The translations under genes were made by a program, and so were the position numbers. A DNA stretch of 42,041 nucleotides from a bacterium (lineage in GTDB: Bacteria; Patescibacteriota; Minisyncoccia; UBA6257; GWB1-50-10). Of the stretch, positions 41,491-42,041 are shown in pieces. The stretch lies in contig DAICZV010000001.1 in assembly GCA_027310975.1 (NCBI GenBank), forward strand, positions 1-42,041, read 5' to 3'. The notes under the pieces are model-generated. The model was not told the DNA's origin. It made no database searches and saw only the letters and a list, made by a program, of their open reading frames with translations. The number at the start of each line of letters is the position of its first letter. The first letter of the stretch is position 1.

Positions 41491-42041
41491 TTAAGCGGCG
41501 CTGCCTGTCGCGGTGGCGGCCTTCTTACCGGCCTTGCGGCGCACGACCTCGCCCGCATAGTGGAATCCCTTGCCTTTGTACGGTTCCGGTTTCTTCATCG
41601 CCCGGAGCTCGGCGGCCACTTGGCCGACCTTCTGCCGGTCTGTGCCTTTGATCTTCAGTATTGAGTTCTTCTCCACCTCAAAGGTCACGCCCGCGGGAGC
41701 GGGATATTTTACAGGATGGGAAAATCCGAGAGCGAGCGAAAGCCCTTCGCCTTCCTTGGTCACGCGGTAGCCGACGCCTTCCAGAATAAGGGTTTTTTCA
41801 AATCCGTGAGCGAGTCCGGTCGCGGCGTTTTGGGCGAGCGCCCGCGTGGTGCCCCAGTTGCTCCGCGCCTGCTTGGAGGTGCCGACGAGCTCAAAGGTGA
41901 CCACGCCCTCCGCGAGGGTGGCTTTAACGCCCGGCAGGACCTTGATCTCCATCTCCGACTTGGCGCCTTTAAGGCGCAAGATGTCGCCTTCCAAAGAGGC
42001 CGTGACGCCGGTGGGCAATTTTATCGGTTGTTTTCCTATCT
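41491..42041 (-). CDS. rplF: 50S ribosomal protein L6 (5' end beyond the window)
   Basis: IGKQPI at the window edge; GVGYR, LGFSHP and PEPYKGKG motifs. Confidence 0.96.
   Translation of the reverse strand, partial: IGKQPIKLPTGVTASLEGDILRLKGAKSEMEIKVLPGVKATLAEGVVTFELVGTSKQARSNWGTTRALAQNAATGLAHGFEKTLILEGVGYRVTKEGEGLSLALGFSHPVKYPAPAGVTFEVEKNSILKIKGTDRQKVGQVAAELRAMKKPEPYKGKGFHYAGEVVRRKAGKKAATATGSAA

Noticed and set aside
685..41770. Many long ORFs antisense to or overlapping recognised genes (e.g. 685..1782+, 10760..11689+, 34266..35090-, 40827..41651+)
   Set aside because: Shadow ORFs of GC-rich coding strands; no motifs, and they overlap confidently identified genes.

Overview
Chromosomal segment of a bacterium that is most likely a Patescibacteria/CPR (Parcubacteria-like) organism. 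Support: no rpmD (L30) between rpsE and rplO, a reduced dcw cluster, many apparently leaderless genes, and TGA used as stop. Most genes are on the minus strand. Core genes: murF-ftsI-ftsL-rsmH-mraZ, truB, rplL-rplJ with an L10 leader, gyrB, rplS, an RluA-family gene, dprA-topA, and map-adk-secY-rplO-rpsE-rplR-rplF. Accessory genes: a nickel SOD pair (sodN/sodX) and a ~15 kb surface-protein locus (cohesin, dockerin, WxL/DUF916-like, fibre-like) with an embedded radical SAM/glycosyltransferase/methyltransferase cassette. The most unusual signal is at the four tRNA genes: each intact tRNA sits with a decayed relic of a tRNA of the same type. tRNA-Val(CAC) and tRNA-Ile(GAT) are each wrapped in inverted repeats and nested in the anticodon loop of an older same-anticodon gene, at the same position (between nt 35 and 36). 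Three relics carry a 37-39 bp palindromic element with the same termini in the T arm. A related inverted-repeat insert has displaced the last codons of rplJ. tRNA-Leu(GAG) is separated from a Leu(GAG) 5' relic by a LAGLIDADG endonuclease gene. Together these suggest a tRNA-targeting insertion and replacement system (inference). Also found: an unannotated Val/Ile/Leu-rich leader-peptide attenuator and a promoter- and terminator-bounded pseudoknot RNA candidate. All calls come from reading the sequence by eye; no database searches were run.
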